Assembly (NCBI GenBank): GCA_045656445.1
Contig: JAZORD010000052.1
Coordinates: 9,494-73,493 of the forward strand
Source: Eubacteriales bacterium
GTDB lineage: Bacteria > Bacillota > Clostridia > Oscillospirales > CAG-272
Direction of reading: 5' to 3'
DNA length: 64,000 nt
Shown one piece after another: positions 27,495-38,441 of the stretch. Numbering within the stretch: the first letter of the stretch is position 1; each line of letters starts with the position of its first letter. The notes beneath the pieces are model-generated. The model saw only the letters and a list, made by a program, of their open reading frames with translations, ran no database searches and had not been told where the DNA came from. The translations under genes were made by a program, and so were the position numbers.

Positions 27495-28406
27495 TTATTC
27501 CTTCTCAAAAAGTGCTGAAGCGAAATCCTCTGCATCGAATGGCTTCATATCGTCTATTTTCTCACCGACACCAATGAATTTAACGGGTATCCCAAGCTCC
27601 TTCTTTATAGAAAGGACTATACCGCCCTTTGCTGTTCCGTCAAGCTTTGTAAGTATAAGTCCGCTTATTTTTGAGGCTTCCTTGAATTCCTTTGCCTGCA
27701 TTACGGCGTTCTGACCAGTCGTAGCATCGAGAACCAGAAGCGTTTCCATATCACAGCCCGCAAGCTCGCGATTTATGACGCGGTCAATTTTTGCAAGCTC
27801 ATCCATAAGATTTTTCTTATTATGAAGCCTTCCCGCCGTATCAACGATAACGACGTCCGCTTTTTTACTCTTAGCCGAGTTTATAGCGTCAAAAACAACA
27901 GACGCGGGGTCTGCTCCGGGAGCTTGCTTTACTATATCAACTCCTGCTCTTTCACACCAAACGGTGAGCTGCTCTGCCGCAGCTGCTCTGAAGGTATCTG
28001 CCGCAGCAACCACTACCTTTTTACCCTGAGATTTAAGCTCTTTCGAAATCTTCCCGATTGATGTAGTCTTTCCAACGCCGTTTACTCCTATAACGAGAAT
28101 AACAGACGGAGTCGTATTAAGCTTCAGCGGCTCGTGCTCTCCTATAAGCTCGCGGAGCATACGGAACAACTCGTCCTTAATCTCGTCCGGCTCTTTTATT
28201 TTGTTGTCTATTACGTATTCACGAAGCTCATCAAGTATTTCCTCAGTGGTATTAACGCCTATATCGGCAGATATAAGCAATTCCTCAAGCTCGTCAAAAA
28301 GATCCTCATCTACCTTTCTGAAGCTCTTGAAAAGATTATCAATTTTTCCTACTATTGCAGACTTCGTCTTAAACAGTCCGCTTTTCAGCTTGTCAAAGAA
28401 CCCCAT
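27495..28406 (-). CDS. ftsY: signal recognition particle receptor FtsY
   Basis: 303 aa. NG domain with [14 protein letters not shown] and [10 protein letters not shown]. Confidence 0.95.
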   Translation of the reverse strand: MGFFDKLKSGLFKTKSAIVGKIDNLFKSFRKVDEDLFDELEELLISADIGVNTTEEILDELREYVIDNKIKEPDEIKDELFRMLRELIGEHEPLKLNTTPSVILVIGVNGVGKTTSIGKISKELKSQGKKVVVAAADTFRAAAAEQLTVWCERAGVDIVKQAPGADPASVVFDAINSAKSKKADVVIVDTAGRLHNKKNLMDELAKIDRVINRELAGCDMETLLVLDATTGQNAVMQAKEFKEASKISGLILTKLDGTAKGGIVLSIKKELGIPVKFIGVGEKIDDMKPFDAEDFASALFEKE

Positions 28407-31400
28407 CTAAAAGCTCCTTTTGCTTTCCTTCTATTTCATTAACATTTAGCTCTATCGCCTGCGAAATACCCCGCTGAGGCATAGTTACGCCATAAAGGCG
28501 GTCACCTATCTCCATAGTACCGCGGCGGTGAGTTATAAGAATAAACTGAGTGCCGTCGTCGAATTTCTTTATATATTCTCCAAATCTGAATACGTTGACT
28601 TCGTCAAGCGCTGCCTCTATCTCGTCAAGAATACAGAACGGCGTAGGATTAACCTTGAGTATTGCAAAGAGGAGTGCAATAGCAACAAAGGACTGCTCAC
28701 CGCCTGAAAGAAGCGACATGCTCTTTATAATTTTACCGGGAGGCGCCGCCTTGATTTCTATTCCCGACGTGAGAATATCCTCAGGGTCAACGAGCGATAG
28801 CTCTGCGTTACCTCCTCCGAACAGCTCCTTGAAGGTTATGCCGAAATTCCTGTTGATATCCTCAAACGCTGTTATGAAGCTGGTACGCATTTCATCCTCA
28901 AGTCTGTTTATTATTCCGGTTAGCTCATCGTAAGAATTTGTAAGGTCAACAAACTGAGTATTTAAAGCGTCGTATCTTGTCTTTACCTCGGCATATTCCT
29001 CAATAGCTCCGGGATTATAGTTTCCCAGCGCTCTGAGCTTCGCGCGGCAAGAGGTCTGTATAGCGGCAATTTCTTCCCTGTTTTCTTCGGTTACAGGCGG
29101 ATATTCGAGCCCAACCGCATCCTCGTAGGTAATCTCATAATCATCCCAAAGCTGAGAGCCAAGCTTATCCTGCTTTTCAACAAGGTGATTAAACCTGTTT
29201 TCATTTTTAATCATCGCCTCGTAAAAGGTTTGGCGACTTGCATTCTTTTCCTTGGTTTTTTCTCTTATAGAGGTAAGCTCACGCTCAAACTCATCGCTTC
29301 CGCACTCAACCTCACGGCGCTCCTCGTTGAGTCTTTCAAGCTCCGCCTCAAGAGCTGAGTACTCAGCCTTGTTCTCGGCTTTTATATTGTCTATATTATC
29401 GCGCTTTGATGTCAGCTCTGCTATCCTCAAATTTTGCAAATCTCGGTTATCCTCAAGCTCGGATATGCGCGAGTTAAGACTGTCAATCATAAGCTGAACG
29501 CCTTCAACGTCCTTACGCGTTTCGGCAACTCTTATAAATATTTCATTTGCCCGAGCACCGAGTTCATCGCTCTTTTCATCAAGAACACCTGTATTTTCAC
29601 TTTTTTCGGCTCGGAATTTTTTAAGAGCAGCTATTCTCTCAAGATTCGCCTCATACTCTCCTAAAAGACGGGCAATTTCGGCCTCTGCAACAGACTGCTG
29701 ACCTATAAGATTGTTATAGTCATATTTGAGCTTCTCAAGTATGTTACGGTTTGCCGCATATTTTGCATTAGCATTATCAAGTGCTGCAAACTGGGAACGT
29801 GAGAGGGTGAGCAACAGCTCCTTCTCCTGCTCTGCATTCTTCATCTGTTCCTGAACACCTTTTAGTTCAGTACCAATGGCTTCAAGCTCTTTATTATAAC
29901 CGTTAATCTTCTCTTCATATTCGGCTGCGCGGTTTTTCAGCGACGAAATCTCGGTAAGCCTTGTAAGAATACCGCTGTCCTTCTTTGCGCTACCACCGGT
30001 AAACGCTCCGCCGGCATTAATTATCTGTCCGTCAAGAGTAACGAGCTTAACCTTATAGCGTAGCTTCTTTGCTGCCATAGAGGCGTTTTCAATATTATCA
30101 AACACAACGGTTCTGAGCAGTAGCCATTCAATTATAGACCGATACTTTTTGTCAGATTTAACCAGAGTATCAGCACGTCCGATATAGCCGGGGAATCCTG
30201 CCGCCTCTCTTATCTCGTCGGTTTCGCTCATCGGTCTTATAGCGCTTATGGGATAGAATGTTGCGCGTCCTGCATTAGCGCGTTTTAGGGCTCCTATCGC
30301 TGCCTTTGCCATTTCCTCGTTATCTACGACAATATTCTGAAGGCTTGAGCCAAGCGCAGTTTCAACAGCCGTTATGCATTTTTTATCAACGCTTATAAGA
30401 GAGGAAAGCGGGCCGTATATCTGCCCCGTGCCATTAATCTTGCCTGCGTTATACTCACGCATAACAAACTTTATGCTCTCAGCGTAGCCTTCAAAATGGT
30501 CTATCATACGCTGAAGCATCTCGGCTCTTTGCACGCAGGTGTCGTGCTCTACCGTCATTTTGTTATGAAGGTCAAGTAAAGAATTTTTATTGTCGGTTAT
30601 CTCGTCGATTTTAGCAAGTGACGAGCTTATTAACGCCTCCTTCTCTGCAATACGGGCTTTAAAACCGGAGGCATTTGCCTCGCATCTGTCTGCTTCGAGC
30701 TTCAGCTCCTCCCCCTCAGCCTCATAGCTTTCGATTTCCTTTTCAATATCGGCAGATTTAGTGTTATCACTTATCTTCGAGTTTTTAAGGACATCTATTC
30801 TGATTTTAAGGTCAGTTGCCGAATTTTCCTCCACGGTCAGCTCATCAAGCGCCTCCTCGAGTTCTTTTTTTGCTGCTGCTATGGAATCTATAAGCGCTTG
30901 CTGCTCTGAAAGAACGATAAGCCTTTCGTCCATAAGCTCCTTTAAAGACACTTCAAGAGTTGCTCTTTTGGAGTCATATTCGGAGCGGTTTGATTCGAGA
31001 GCGAGCCTGCTTTTCTCAAATTCTTCAATCCGCTCCTTACACTGTTTTATAAGCTCAGCAGAATGTCTGAAATCCGAATCCGCCATCTGCATAGCGCTGT
31101 CAAGCTCATGAAGCTTGGCATCGGTTTCTCTTATCTTCATTATGAGCTGCTCGGAAACCAAGCGGTTAGACTGTGACTTCTCGTAAAGATTGTTGCCCTG
31201 GGCTTCAAGGTCAGATATTATCTGGTCAATTATTTCAAGCTCGTGCTGAGATAGCTTCCAAGCTCCTTCAGCCTCTTTGATATCTTCCCTTATCTTTTTA
31301 GTATCGAAAAGCCAAAGAGAAACGTCCGCGCGCTTTTTCTCTTCGTAAATAGCAAGACCACGTCTTGCCTTTTCCGCTTCCTTTTCAAGAGGAACAACGC

Positions 31401-32007
31401 GGTTTTCAAGCTCAAGCAGAATATCCTTGACTCTGTCAAGATTGTCCTGAGTCGCCTTTAGCTTTCTCTCGGATTCTTCTTTTCTGTGGCGGTATCTTGA
31501 TATACCTGCAGCTTCCTCGAAAATGTGACGGCGCTCCTCGCTTTTTTTTGAGATTATTTCCGCTATTTTTCCCTGACCTATTATGGAGTATCCCTCGCGT
31601 CCGACACCGGTATTCATAAACAGTTCGTAAATATCACGAAGCCTTTTCGGCTGACGGTTTATAAGGTATTCACTTTCTCCTGTACGGAAATATCTACGGG
31701 TAACGGTAACCTCGTCAAACTCCGAATCGAGCCTGTTTACAGGATCGGAATTGTCAAACGTTACCGAAACCTCGGCAAATCCCATAGGACGACGGTCGTC
31801 TGTTCCACCGAAAATAACATCCTCCATTTTCGTTCCGCGTATATTACGGCTCGATAGCTCGCCTAGAACCCAACGCATAGCGTCGGATATATTAGATTTT
31901 CCGCTTCCGTTAGGTCCCACTATAACGGTCGCTCCGCGCTCAAAGGTCAAAACCGTTCTGTTAGGAAAGGATTTAAAACCGTGAAGCTCAAGAGTCTTTA
32001 AGTACAT
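28393..32007 (-). CDS. smc: chromosome segregation protein SMC
   Basis: MYLKTLELHGFKSF.. start at ATG 32007 (RBS gaggaaa). GPNGSGKSN Walker A, long coiled coils, hinge, LSGGEQSF signature, ILDEIEAALD Walker B. Confidence 0.95.
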   Translation of the reverse strand: MYLKTLELHGFKSFPNRTVLTFERGATVIVGPNGSGKSNISDAMRWVLGELSSRNIRGTKMEDVIFGGTDDRRPMGFAEVSVTFDNSDPVNRLDSEFDEVTVTRRYFRTGESEYLINRQPKRLRDIYELFMNTGVGREGYSIIGQGKIAEIISKKSEERRHIFEEAAGISRYRHRKEESERKLKATQDNLDRVKDILLELENRVVPLEKEAEKARRGLAIYEEKKRADVSLWLFDTKKIREDIKEAEGAWKLSQHELEIIDQIISDLEAQGNNLYEKSQSNRLVSEQLIMKIRETDAKLHELDSAMQMADSDFRHSAELIKQCKERIEEFEKSRLALESNRSEYDSKRATLEVSLKELMDERLIVLSEQQALIDSIAAAKKELEEALDELTVEENSATDLKIRIDVLKNSKISDNTKSADIEKEIESYEAEGEELKLEADRCEANASGFKARIAEKEALISSSLAKIDEITDNKNSLLDLHNKMTVEHDTCVQRAEMLQRMIDHFEGYAESIKFVMREYNAGKINGTGQIYGPLSSLISVDKKCITAVETALGSSLQNIVVDNEEMAKAAIGALKRANAGRATFYPISAIRPMSETDEIREAAGFPGYIGRADTLVKSDKKYRSIIEWLLLRTVVFDNIENASMAAKKLRYKVKLVTLDGQIINAGGAFTGGSAKKDSGILTRLTEISSLKNRAAEYEEKINGYNKELEAIGTELKGVQEQMKNAEQEKELLLTLSRSQFAALDNANAKYAANRNILEKLKYDYNNLIGQQSVAEAEIARLLGEYEANLERIAALKKFRAEKSENTGVLDEKSDELGARANEIFIRVAETRKDVEGVQLMIDSLNSRISELEDNRDLQNLRIAELTSKRDNIDNIKAENKAEYSALEAELERLNEERREVECGSDEFERELTSIREKTKEKNASRQTFYEAMIKNENRFNHLVEKQDKLGSQLWDDYEITYEDAVGLEYPPVTEENREEIAAIQTSCRAKLRALGNYNPGAIEEYAEVKTRYDALNTQFVDLTNSYDELTGIINRLEDEMRTSFITAFEDINRNFGITFKELFGGGNAELSLVDPEDILTSGIEIKAAPPGKIIKSMSLLSGGEQSFVAIALLFAILKVNPTPFCILDEIEAALDEVNVFRFGEYIKKFDDGTQFILITHRRGTMEIGDRLYGVTMPQRGISQAIELNVNEIEGKQKELLDGVL

Positions 32008-33037
32008 AGTCTGTATTTCCTCTCTTATGTTCAATCAGACACGAATATTCCGACAGTCCGCATTTTTCGAAAAATTTCACGTCTGAAAATAAAAATTCAT
32101 TGATAATTCTCTGCTTGTTTTTCTTCTTTTGTCCTATTGCCTTGGAAAGAGAGCCGTTCGGAACGAAAATCCAAACCTCCGCACCGTCATCTATATTCAT
32201 TGAACGGAGCCTGTCCCGAATCATCATATAGTATATCTCGTTTTCCACAAGCTCACCCAGAGCCGGGTGGTTTGGACCACTGAAATAAGTGTCTTTATCC
32301 GAAAGATTCTCAGATGCACAAAGACCAACGCGAATAACCTCAACGCCTGCGTCTACAAACCGCTTCATAACTGCGGCCGAGCGAATTATAGCCTCTTCTA
32401 TGGTAAGGGGTGTGTATATTCCGGCGGCAGCCATTTCACACAGCTCCGTGTCCTTGAAAACAACAGTAGGATATATTCGAGCCGCAGAAGCTGCCGCAGA
32501 AATAATAAAATCTGCTGTTGCAAGCTCAGACTCTGCACTTGAGCCCGGCAAACCTATCATCATTTGACCCACAAGCTCAAAGCCATGTTTTATAATTAGC
32601 TCACACGCATGCTTTTCAGAAGGGAAACCATGCCCCCGCTTTGATGCTGCCAGCACTCGCTCGTCAACGCTCTGCAGTCCAAGCTCTATAACCTTAACAC
32701 CGTATGCTTTAAGCTCAGATAAAACCTCTTCATTAATATAATCGGGTCTTGTTGAACATCGAATACCGGAAACCGAGCCTCGAAGAACGTAGGAATAGGC
32801 AATCTTTAAAAGCCGCCTCATCAGCTCAGGGTCGATTCCTGTAAAAGACCCTCCAAAAAAGGCAATCTCAGCGTCACATCCATCCTTTACCGTTCCAAGC
32901 GCTTCCTCAATTATATCGACCACGCTCTCAGGGTCAAAGGTCGTTACTCCGGATATTGTTTTTTGATTACAAAAGACGCATTGATTTGGACACCCAAGGT
33001 GCGGAATGAAGATGGGAATGTTTATGTGCTTTTTCAT
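31988..33037 (-). CDS. radical SAM protein (ELP3/MiaB/NifB-like Fe-S oxidoreductase), function unknown
   Basis: 349 aa. CPNQCVFC (Cx3Cx2C) near the N-terminus. ATGA overlap with the rnc stop and a 20-nt overlap with the smc start. Confidence 0.75.
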   Translation of the reverse strand: MKKHINIPIFIPHLGCPNQCVFCNQKTISGVTTFDPESVVDIIEEALGTVKDGCDAEIAFFGGSFTGIDPELMRRLLKIAYSYVLRGSVSGIRCSTRPDYINEEVLSELKAYGVKVIELGLQSVDERVLAASKRGHGFPSEKHACELIIKHGFELVGQMMIGLPGSSAESELATADFIISAAASAARIYPTVVFKDTELCEMAAAGIYTPLTIEEAIIRSAAVMKRFVDAGVEVIRVGLCASENLSDKDTYFSGPNHPALGELVENEIYYMMIRDRLRSMNIDDGAEVWIFVPNGSLSKAIGQKKKNKQRIINEFLFSDVKFFEKCGLSEYSCLIEHKRGNTDYVLKDS

Positions 33038-33756
33038 AATGGAAGTCCAAAGAGCTCTAGTGCCACCTTTGCGGCTTTCATTTCCGCATCCTTTTTACTT
33101 TTTGAAGTACCTGTCCCGACAAGATTATTATTTATCTTTGCCGCAACGGTGAACTCTTTATTGTGCTCCGGACCGCTCTCCTCAATAATCTCATATTCGA
33201 GTATCGACGCCCCGTCCTTTTCAACGAGCTGCTGCAAAAGCGTTTTATAGTCACCGCGCCGCATTGAAGAAGAGCGCTCTATTTCATCCGAAATAAGATT
33301 AAGTATTACCGAGCGATAATCCTTGCCTGACAAATTCGCATCAAGATAAACGGCAGCAAACACAGCCTCAAGCGTATCAGCCAGAAGCTTCGGTCGGTTT
33401 CTGCAGTCGGTCATTTCTTCACCCCGGCCAAGATTTACATAGTCGCCGATTTCAAGTTCTGCCGCGATTTTTGCTAAAGTTTTTTCGCAAACGAGGTGTT
33501 GACGCATTTTTGTCAAAGACCCCTCGCTCATATTTTTATAATTTTCAAACAGATACTCAGATACCACTATCTCAAGCACTGCATCACCGAGGAATTCAAG
33601 TCTTTCATTTGAAGAAAAATTCATTCCACGGCTCTTTTTTTCATTAGAATATGAGGTGTGCGTCAAGGCCGTTTCAAGATATTTAATATCTGAGAACTTG
33701 TATCCGATTTTTTTCTCGAGGTCAAAAAACTCTTTTCCTATAGCCATATGACTCAC
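33034..33756 (-). CDS. rnc: ribonuclease III
   Basis: 240 aa. ERLEFLGDAVLE signature and a C-terminal dsRBD. Confidence 0.95.
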   Translation of the reverse strand: MSHMAIGKEFFDLEKKIGYKFSDIKYLETALTHTSYSNEKKSRGMNFSSNERLEFLGDAVLEIVVSEYLFENYKNMSEGSLTKMRQHLVCEKTLAKIAAELEIGDYVNLGRGEEMTDCRNRPKLLADTLEAVFAAVYLDANLSGKDYRSVILNLISDEIERSSSMRRGDYKTLLQQLVEKDGASILEYEIIEESGPEHNKEFTVAAKINNNLVGTGTSKSKKDAEMKAAKVALELFGLPL

Positions 33757-33776
33757 TCCCCTCTGATTAATTTCGA

Positions 33777-34811
33777 TTAATTTTGGCTGTACATTTTTTC
33801 TGCTTCCGCCAGTATTTTTTTATCGTCGTAATCCTTGGCGAAAATAGTTATATCGGTGTTGATACCCGTTTTTACAAAATTCACAGCCTGTCTTACTGCG
33901 TTTTTTATAGCCTTAGCATCGGATGAGCCGTGAGCCTTTATGACGGGCTTTGATATACCGAGAAGCGGTGCTCCTCCGTGCTCCGAGGTGTCAAATCTAT
34001 GCTTTATATCCTGCAATTTTTCCTTCATGGTAAGGGCTGAAACCATAGTGGCAAAATTAGTCTTTAAGACGTCCTTTAAAAGATCCATCATGAATTTGCC
34101 CATACCCTCTACACACTTTAGGAATATATTTCCCGTATATCCGTCGGTAACCAAAACATCGCAAACGCCGAACGGCACCTCTTTTGATTCAACGTTACCG
34201 ACAAAATTAAGTCCACTCTCGCTTAATACCTGAAATGACTCTGTTTGTAATGCGTTACCTTTATTATACTCAGTTCCGTTATTAAGCTGTCCTACGCGAG
34301 GACGGTCAATGCCGTATATCTTTTCCATATATTTAGCGCCCATAAACGCAAACTGAGATATATTATCCGAGGTAACCGTAAGGTTTGCTCCCGAATCCAT
34401 AAGCAGAACCGGACAGGACATAGGAAGCACCGTAGCAATGGCCGCTCTGTTTATGCCTGAAATTCTTCTTACTATCAAGGTTGCGCCTGTAATAAGTGCT
34501 CCGGTATTTCCGGCGCTGACGAACGCATCAACCGCTCCGTCTGCAAGCATCTTAAGGCCAACACCCATAGAAGAATCTCTTTTTTCGCGAACAACGCACA
34601 TCGGCTTATCTTCCATCGTTATAACCGACGGCGCATGAATTATTTCTATATTTGTGAGGTCGATATTGTTTTTTATGGCAATATCCGAAATTACGTTTTC
34701 CTCACCAATGAGCATTATTGTATCGTCAAATTCACGAGCCGCCATTTCAGCGCCACGTAGCATTTCAAGCGGAGCGTTATCTCCGCTCATAGCATCAATC
34801 AATACTTTCAT
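33777..34811 (-). CDS. plsX: phosphate acyltransferase PlsX
   Basis: 344 aa. MKVLIDAMSGDNAP..., SAGNTGA and KAHGSS motifs. Confidence 0.95.
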   Translation of the reverse strand: MKVLIDAMSGDNAPLEMLRGAEMAAREFDDTIMLIGEENVISDIAIKNNIDLTNIEIIHAPSVITMEDKPMCVVREKRDSSMGVGLKMLADGAVDAFVSAGNTGALITGATLIVRRISGINRAAIATVLPMSCPVLLMDSGANLTVTSDNISQFAFMGAKYMEKIYGIDRPRVGQLNNGTEYNKGNALQTESFQVLSESGLNFVGNVESKEVPFGVCDVLVTDGYTGNIFLKCVEGMGKFMMDLLKDVLKTNFATMVSALTMKEKLQDIKHRFDTSEHGGAPLLGISKPVIKAHGSSDAKAIKNAVRQAVNFVKTGINTDITIFAKDYDDKKILAEAEKMYSQN

Positions 34812-36150
34812 AAGACTTCAAGAAGCCGTAATCGGATTCGATTATGGCAAGAGAACGGGCACAATACGCCTCGTTTCTGTATTTCTTTCCTCCTTTGATT
34901 TTTTTATCAAGCGGCGCTATTATTCCAAAATTAGCATTCATAGGCTGAAAGGTTGAACTGACTCCTCCCTCGCTAACGTAATGGGCAAGAGCTCCTATCT
35001 CAGTTTCCTTAGGAAAGACTACACTATCCTTGCCAAACGCCAGCATAGCCGCGTTCACACCGGCAACAAATCCCGACGATGCAGATTCAACGTATCCCTC
35101 AACTCCCGTCATCTGACCTGCGAAGAACAAATTCTGCATCTTCTTGACAGAATAAGTAGGAGTAAGGAAGCCGGGAGAATTGAGATAGGTATTTCTGTGC
35201 ATAACGCCATATCTAAAAAACTCAGCATTTTCAAGACCGGGAATCATTCTGAATACGCGCTTCTGCTCAGCAAAGGTGAGATGAGTCTGAAAGCCAACTA
35301 TGTTGTACATAGTTCCCTCTTTGTTCTCACGCCTTAGCTGAACGGTAGCGTAGGCATCCTCTCCCGTTGTAGGCTGCGGGAGTCCAACAGGCTTCATAGG
35401 TCCGAACCTAAGAGTGTCATAGCCTCTTTTTGCCATAATCTCAACAGGCATGCACCCTTCAAATACTGCAGGTTCTGCCTGCGACGCTTTATCAAAATCC
35501 TTAAGCGTGGCGGTTTGGGCAGTGATAAGAGCATTGTAAAACTCATCGTATTCTTCCCTCGTCATCGGACAGTTTAGATAATCCTCCGGAGAGCCCTTGC
35601 CGTATCTTGATGCAAAAAAGGCTTTTTTGAGGTCTACCGTTGCAAAGTCCACAATGGGAGCTGCGGCATCAAAGAAATGAAGCTCGGTTCCTCCGGTAAT
35701 CTCTGCAATTGATTCTGCCAGCTTCTCATCGGTCAGAGGACCTGTAGAAACCACTGTTATACCGTCCTCAAAAATTTCGTCCACCACCCCTTCGCAAACG
35801 GTAATTTTAGGGTGTGATTTAATTTTCTCGGTTATATAAGAGCTAAAAAGCTCTCTGTTGACCGCAAGTGCGCTACCTGCCGGCACCTCGGTTGCATACG
35901 CCGCCTCCATAACGAGAGAGCCAAGCGCTGAAAGCTCGGCTTTCAGAAGCCCTACTGCGTTATTCAACTGATTTGAGCGCAAGGAATTAGAGCATACAAG
36001 CTCCGCAAAGCCGGGGTAATGATGCGCGGGCGTATACTTTCGAGGCTTCATTTCATAAAGCTCAACAAAAGCGCCAATCTTTGCCGCCTGCCACGCCGCC
36101 TCACATCCTGCAAGGCCCGCACCGACAATCCGTATTTTAGGCTCAGACAT
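34795..36150 (-). CDS. trmFO: methylenetetrahydrofolate--tRNA-(uracil-5-)-methyltransferase TrmFO
   Basis: 451 aa. IVGAGLAGCEAAWQ FAD motif and full-length TrmFO/Gid similarity. Confidence 0.93.
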   Translation of the reverse strand: MSEPKIRIVGAGLAGCEAAWQAAKIGAFVELYEMKPRKYTPAHHYPGFAELVCSNSLRSNQLNNAVGLLKAELSALGSLVMEAAYATEVPAGSALAVNRELFSSYITEKIKSHPKITVCEGVVDEIFEDGITVVSTGPLTDEKLAESIAEITGGTELHFFDAAAPIVDFATVDLKKAFFASRYGKGSPEDYLNCPMTREEYDEFYNALITAQTATLKDFDKASQAEPAVFEGCMPVEIMAKRGYDTLRFGPMKPVGLPQPTTGEDAYATVQLRRENKEGTMYNIVGFQTHLTFAEQKRVFRMIPGLENAEFFRYGVMHRNTYLNSPGFLTPTYSVKKMQNLFFAGQMTGVEGYVESASSGFVAGVNAAMLAFGKDSVVFPKETEIGALAHYVSEGGVSSTFQPMNANFGIIAPLDKKIKGGKKYRNEAYCARSLAIIESDYGFLKSYESID

Positions 36151-38411
36151 TATTCTATCACCGTCATTTCTTCTTCTCGCTTATATCCGCAGTTTTTATT
36201 TTTACATATCACGGAATTGCGGCTTTTGCGATAGTAAAGCATCTCACCGCAATCGGGACAAAGCTCTGAAAGCGGCATATCCCACGAAGAAAAATCGCAC
36301 TTGGGATAGCTTTCGCAGCTATAGAAGAGAGAGTTGCCCTTCCCGTGTCTTGCGACTATTTTTCCTGAGCAACGAGGACAACTCACCCCTGTATCCGTTA
36401 CCTTTTGCTTGGTATAAGTACAGGTCGGGTAATTCTCACAAGCGTAAAATACTCCGTATTTTCCGCGGCGTATCACCATTTCTGCACCGCACGCCTCACA
36501 TTTAAAGCCGGCAAACTCAGACTTGGTCGGCTCACTTTTTAAAGGTTTCCCTTCCTTGTCTACTGCAAGAGTATTTTTACAGCTCGGATAGTTCGGACAA
36601 GCAAGGAATTTTCCAAAACGCCCCGTCTTATAAACCATCCTAGAGCCGCATTTTTCACAGATTACATCACTTTCCTGAATATCAGATGCAAGCGCGTAGT
36701 CTTTTTTATTTGCTTCGGCAGACTTAAGTGCCCTTTCAAACTTGCCGTAAAAGCTTGAGAGAACTCCGTGTATGGTGTTCGCCTTATGCTCTATTGAATC
36801 AAGCTCGGATTCCATAAAGGCGGTAAACTCGTAATCAACCACCTCAGGAAAGTTCTCGCACATAAATTGCGTAGTAACCTCACCAAGCTCGGTGGCTACA
36901 AGCGCTTTGCCGTCGCGTCTTACGTAATCACGGGAAATTATCGTGGAAATTATAGTCGCATAGGTAGACGGTCTGCCTATGCCGTTTTCTTCAAGAAATT
37001 TGACGAGCGATGCCTCGGTAAATCTCGGCGGCGGCTCTGTGAACCGCTGTTGCTTTGTTACGGACTCCGCAATGAGAATTTCCCCCTTTTCGATATCAGG
37101 GAGCTTCGTAAGACTTACCTGACCCTCCTCCGCTTCGTCGTCAGCGGTTTCGTACACCGCCATATATCCGCGGAATTTCACAGTATATCCGCCTGTCTTG
37201 AATATATATCCCGAATTTTCTATCTCAATGGATACCGTATCAAAAATTGCGGATTGCATCTGACTCGCAATAAAGCGCTCCCATATAAGCTTATAGAGCT
37301 TGTATTGATCCGAGCTCAACACTTTTTTCACCAAAGAAGGCTGAATGTATATATCAACCGGTCTGATTGCCTCGTGAGCATCCTGAGAATTAGTAGCGGT
37401 CTTATATATCCTTCGAGTTTGAGGCAAAAATTCCTTACCGTAATTTTCTTCTATAAATGCAGCCGCTGCATTTTGCGCCTCCGGAGATATTCTCTGGGAA
37501 TCCGTACGCATATACGTAATAAGACCCTGGAATCCTCCGAATTCGGCTCCAAGATTCAAGCCCTCATATAGTTCTTGAGCAATCTTCATTATTTTTTGGG
37601 TCTGAAAACCAAGCTTCTTTGATGCCTCCTGCTGAAGAGTAGAGGTCGTAAACGGAGATGCCGGGAGCTTTTGCTTTTCAGCGTGTTTAACCATTGACAC
37701 CTTAAAGACTCCGTCTTTCAGCTTGTTTTCTATTTCCAAGGCTTTCGCTTCGCCGGATATCTTAATTTTAGCTCTTTTATCTCCGTAAAGACGGGCGGTT
37801 ATTTTTTCCCCGCTGCCCGCGCAGAGAGTTGCGTCAACCGTCCAATACTCCTGAGGAACAAACGCTTTGATTTCTCTTTCACGCTCCGTGATTATTCTAG
37901 TAGCGACGGATTGAACGCGTCCTGCGGAAAGGCCGCTTTTAACCTTTTTCCACAAAACCTCACTAAGACTGAATCCGACCAGTCTGTCAAGTATTCTGCG
38001 CGCCTGCTGAGAATTAACGAGATCAATATTTATTTTTCTTGGATTCTTTATAGCCTCTTTTACAGCACCCTTAGTGGTTTCGTTAAAGGTTATTCTACAC
38101 GCCCTATCAGGATCAATTCCAAGCTGGGTCGCTATATGCCACGAGATTGCCTCACCCTCACGGTCAGGGTCGGTTGCCAAAAACACCTTTTTTGCGTTTT
38201 TCGCTTCTTTTTTGAGCTCCTTTATTACGTCGCCCTTTCCTCGAATATTTATATAATGCGGCAAAAATCCGTTTTCAACGTCAATACCAAGCGTGCTTTT
38301 GGGAAGATCTCTAACATGTCCCTTAGACGCTATTACCTTGTAGTTCGAGCCAAGATAGCCCTTAATCGTATTTGCCTTTGCGGGCGACTCTACTATTACC
38401 AAATTTGCCAT
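36150..38411 (-). CDS. topA: DNA topoisomerase I
   Basis: 753 aa. Toprim N-terminus (LVIVESPAKA), catalytic Tyr region (GLITYMRTDS), four C-terminal Cys4 zinc ribbons. Confidence 0.97.
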   Translation of the reverse strand: MANLVIVESPAKANTIKGYLGSNYKVIASKGHVRDLPKSTLGIDVENGFLPHYINIRGKGDVIKELKKEAKNAKKVFLATDPDREGEAISWHIATQLGIDPDRACRITFNETTKGAVKEAIKNPRKINIDLVNSQQARRILDRLVGFSLSEVLWKKVKSGLSAGRVQSVATRIITEREREIKAFVPQEYWTVDATLCAGSGEKITARLYGDKRAKIKISGEAKALEIENKLKDGVFKVSMVKHAEKQKLPASPFTTSTLQQEASKKLGFQTQKIMKIAQELYEGLNLGAEFGGFQGLITYMRTDSQRISPEAQNAAAAFIEENYGKEFLPQTRRIYKTATNSQDAHEAIRPVDIYIQPSLVKKVLSSDQYKLYKLIWERFIASQMQSAIFDTVSIEIENSGYIFKTGGYTVKFRGYMAVYETADDEAEEGQVSLTKLPDIEKGEILIAESVTKQQRFTEPPPRFTEASLVKFLEENGIGRPSTYATIISTIISRDYVRRDGKALVATELGEVTTQFMCENFPEVVDYEFTAFMESELDSIEHKANTIHGVLSSFYGKFERALKSAEANKKDYALASDIQESDVICEKCGSRMVYKTGRFGKFLACPNYPSCKNTLAVDKEGKPLKSEPTKSEFAGFKCEACGAEMVIRRGKYGVFYACENYPTCTYTKQKVTDTGVSCPRCSGKIVARHGKGNSLFYSCESYPKCDFSSWDMPLSELCPDCGEMLYYRKSRNSVICKNKNCGYKREEEMTVIE

Positions 38412-38441
38412 AAATCAAAGCGGACATTCCGCTGCCTTTCT

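Noticed and set aside
28550-31111. Ser-rich plus-strand ORFs (for example 127 aa, 81 aa, 116 aa) within smc that could look like low-complexity secreted proteins.
   Set aside because: Poly-Ser/Leu strings are the expected antisense translation of the Glu/Lys/Leu-rich SMC coiled coil (GAA/AAG/CTT codons). There are no independent start signals.
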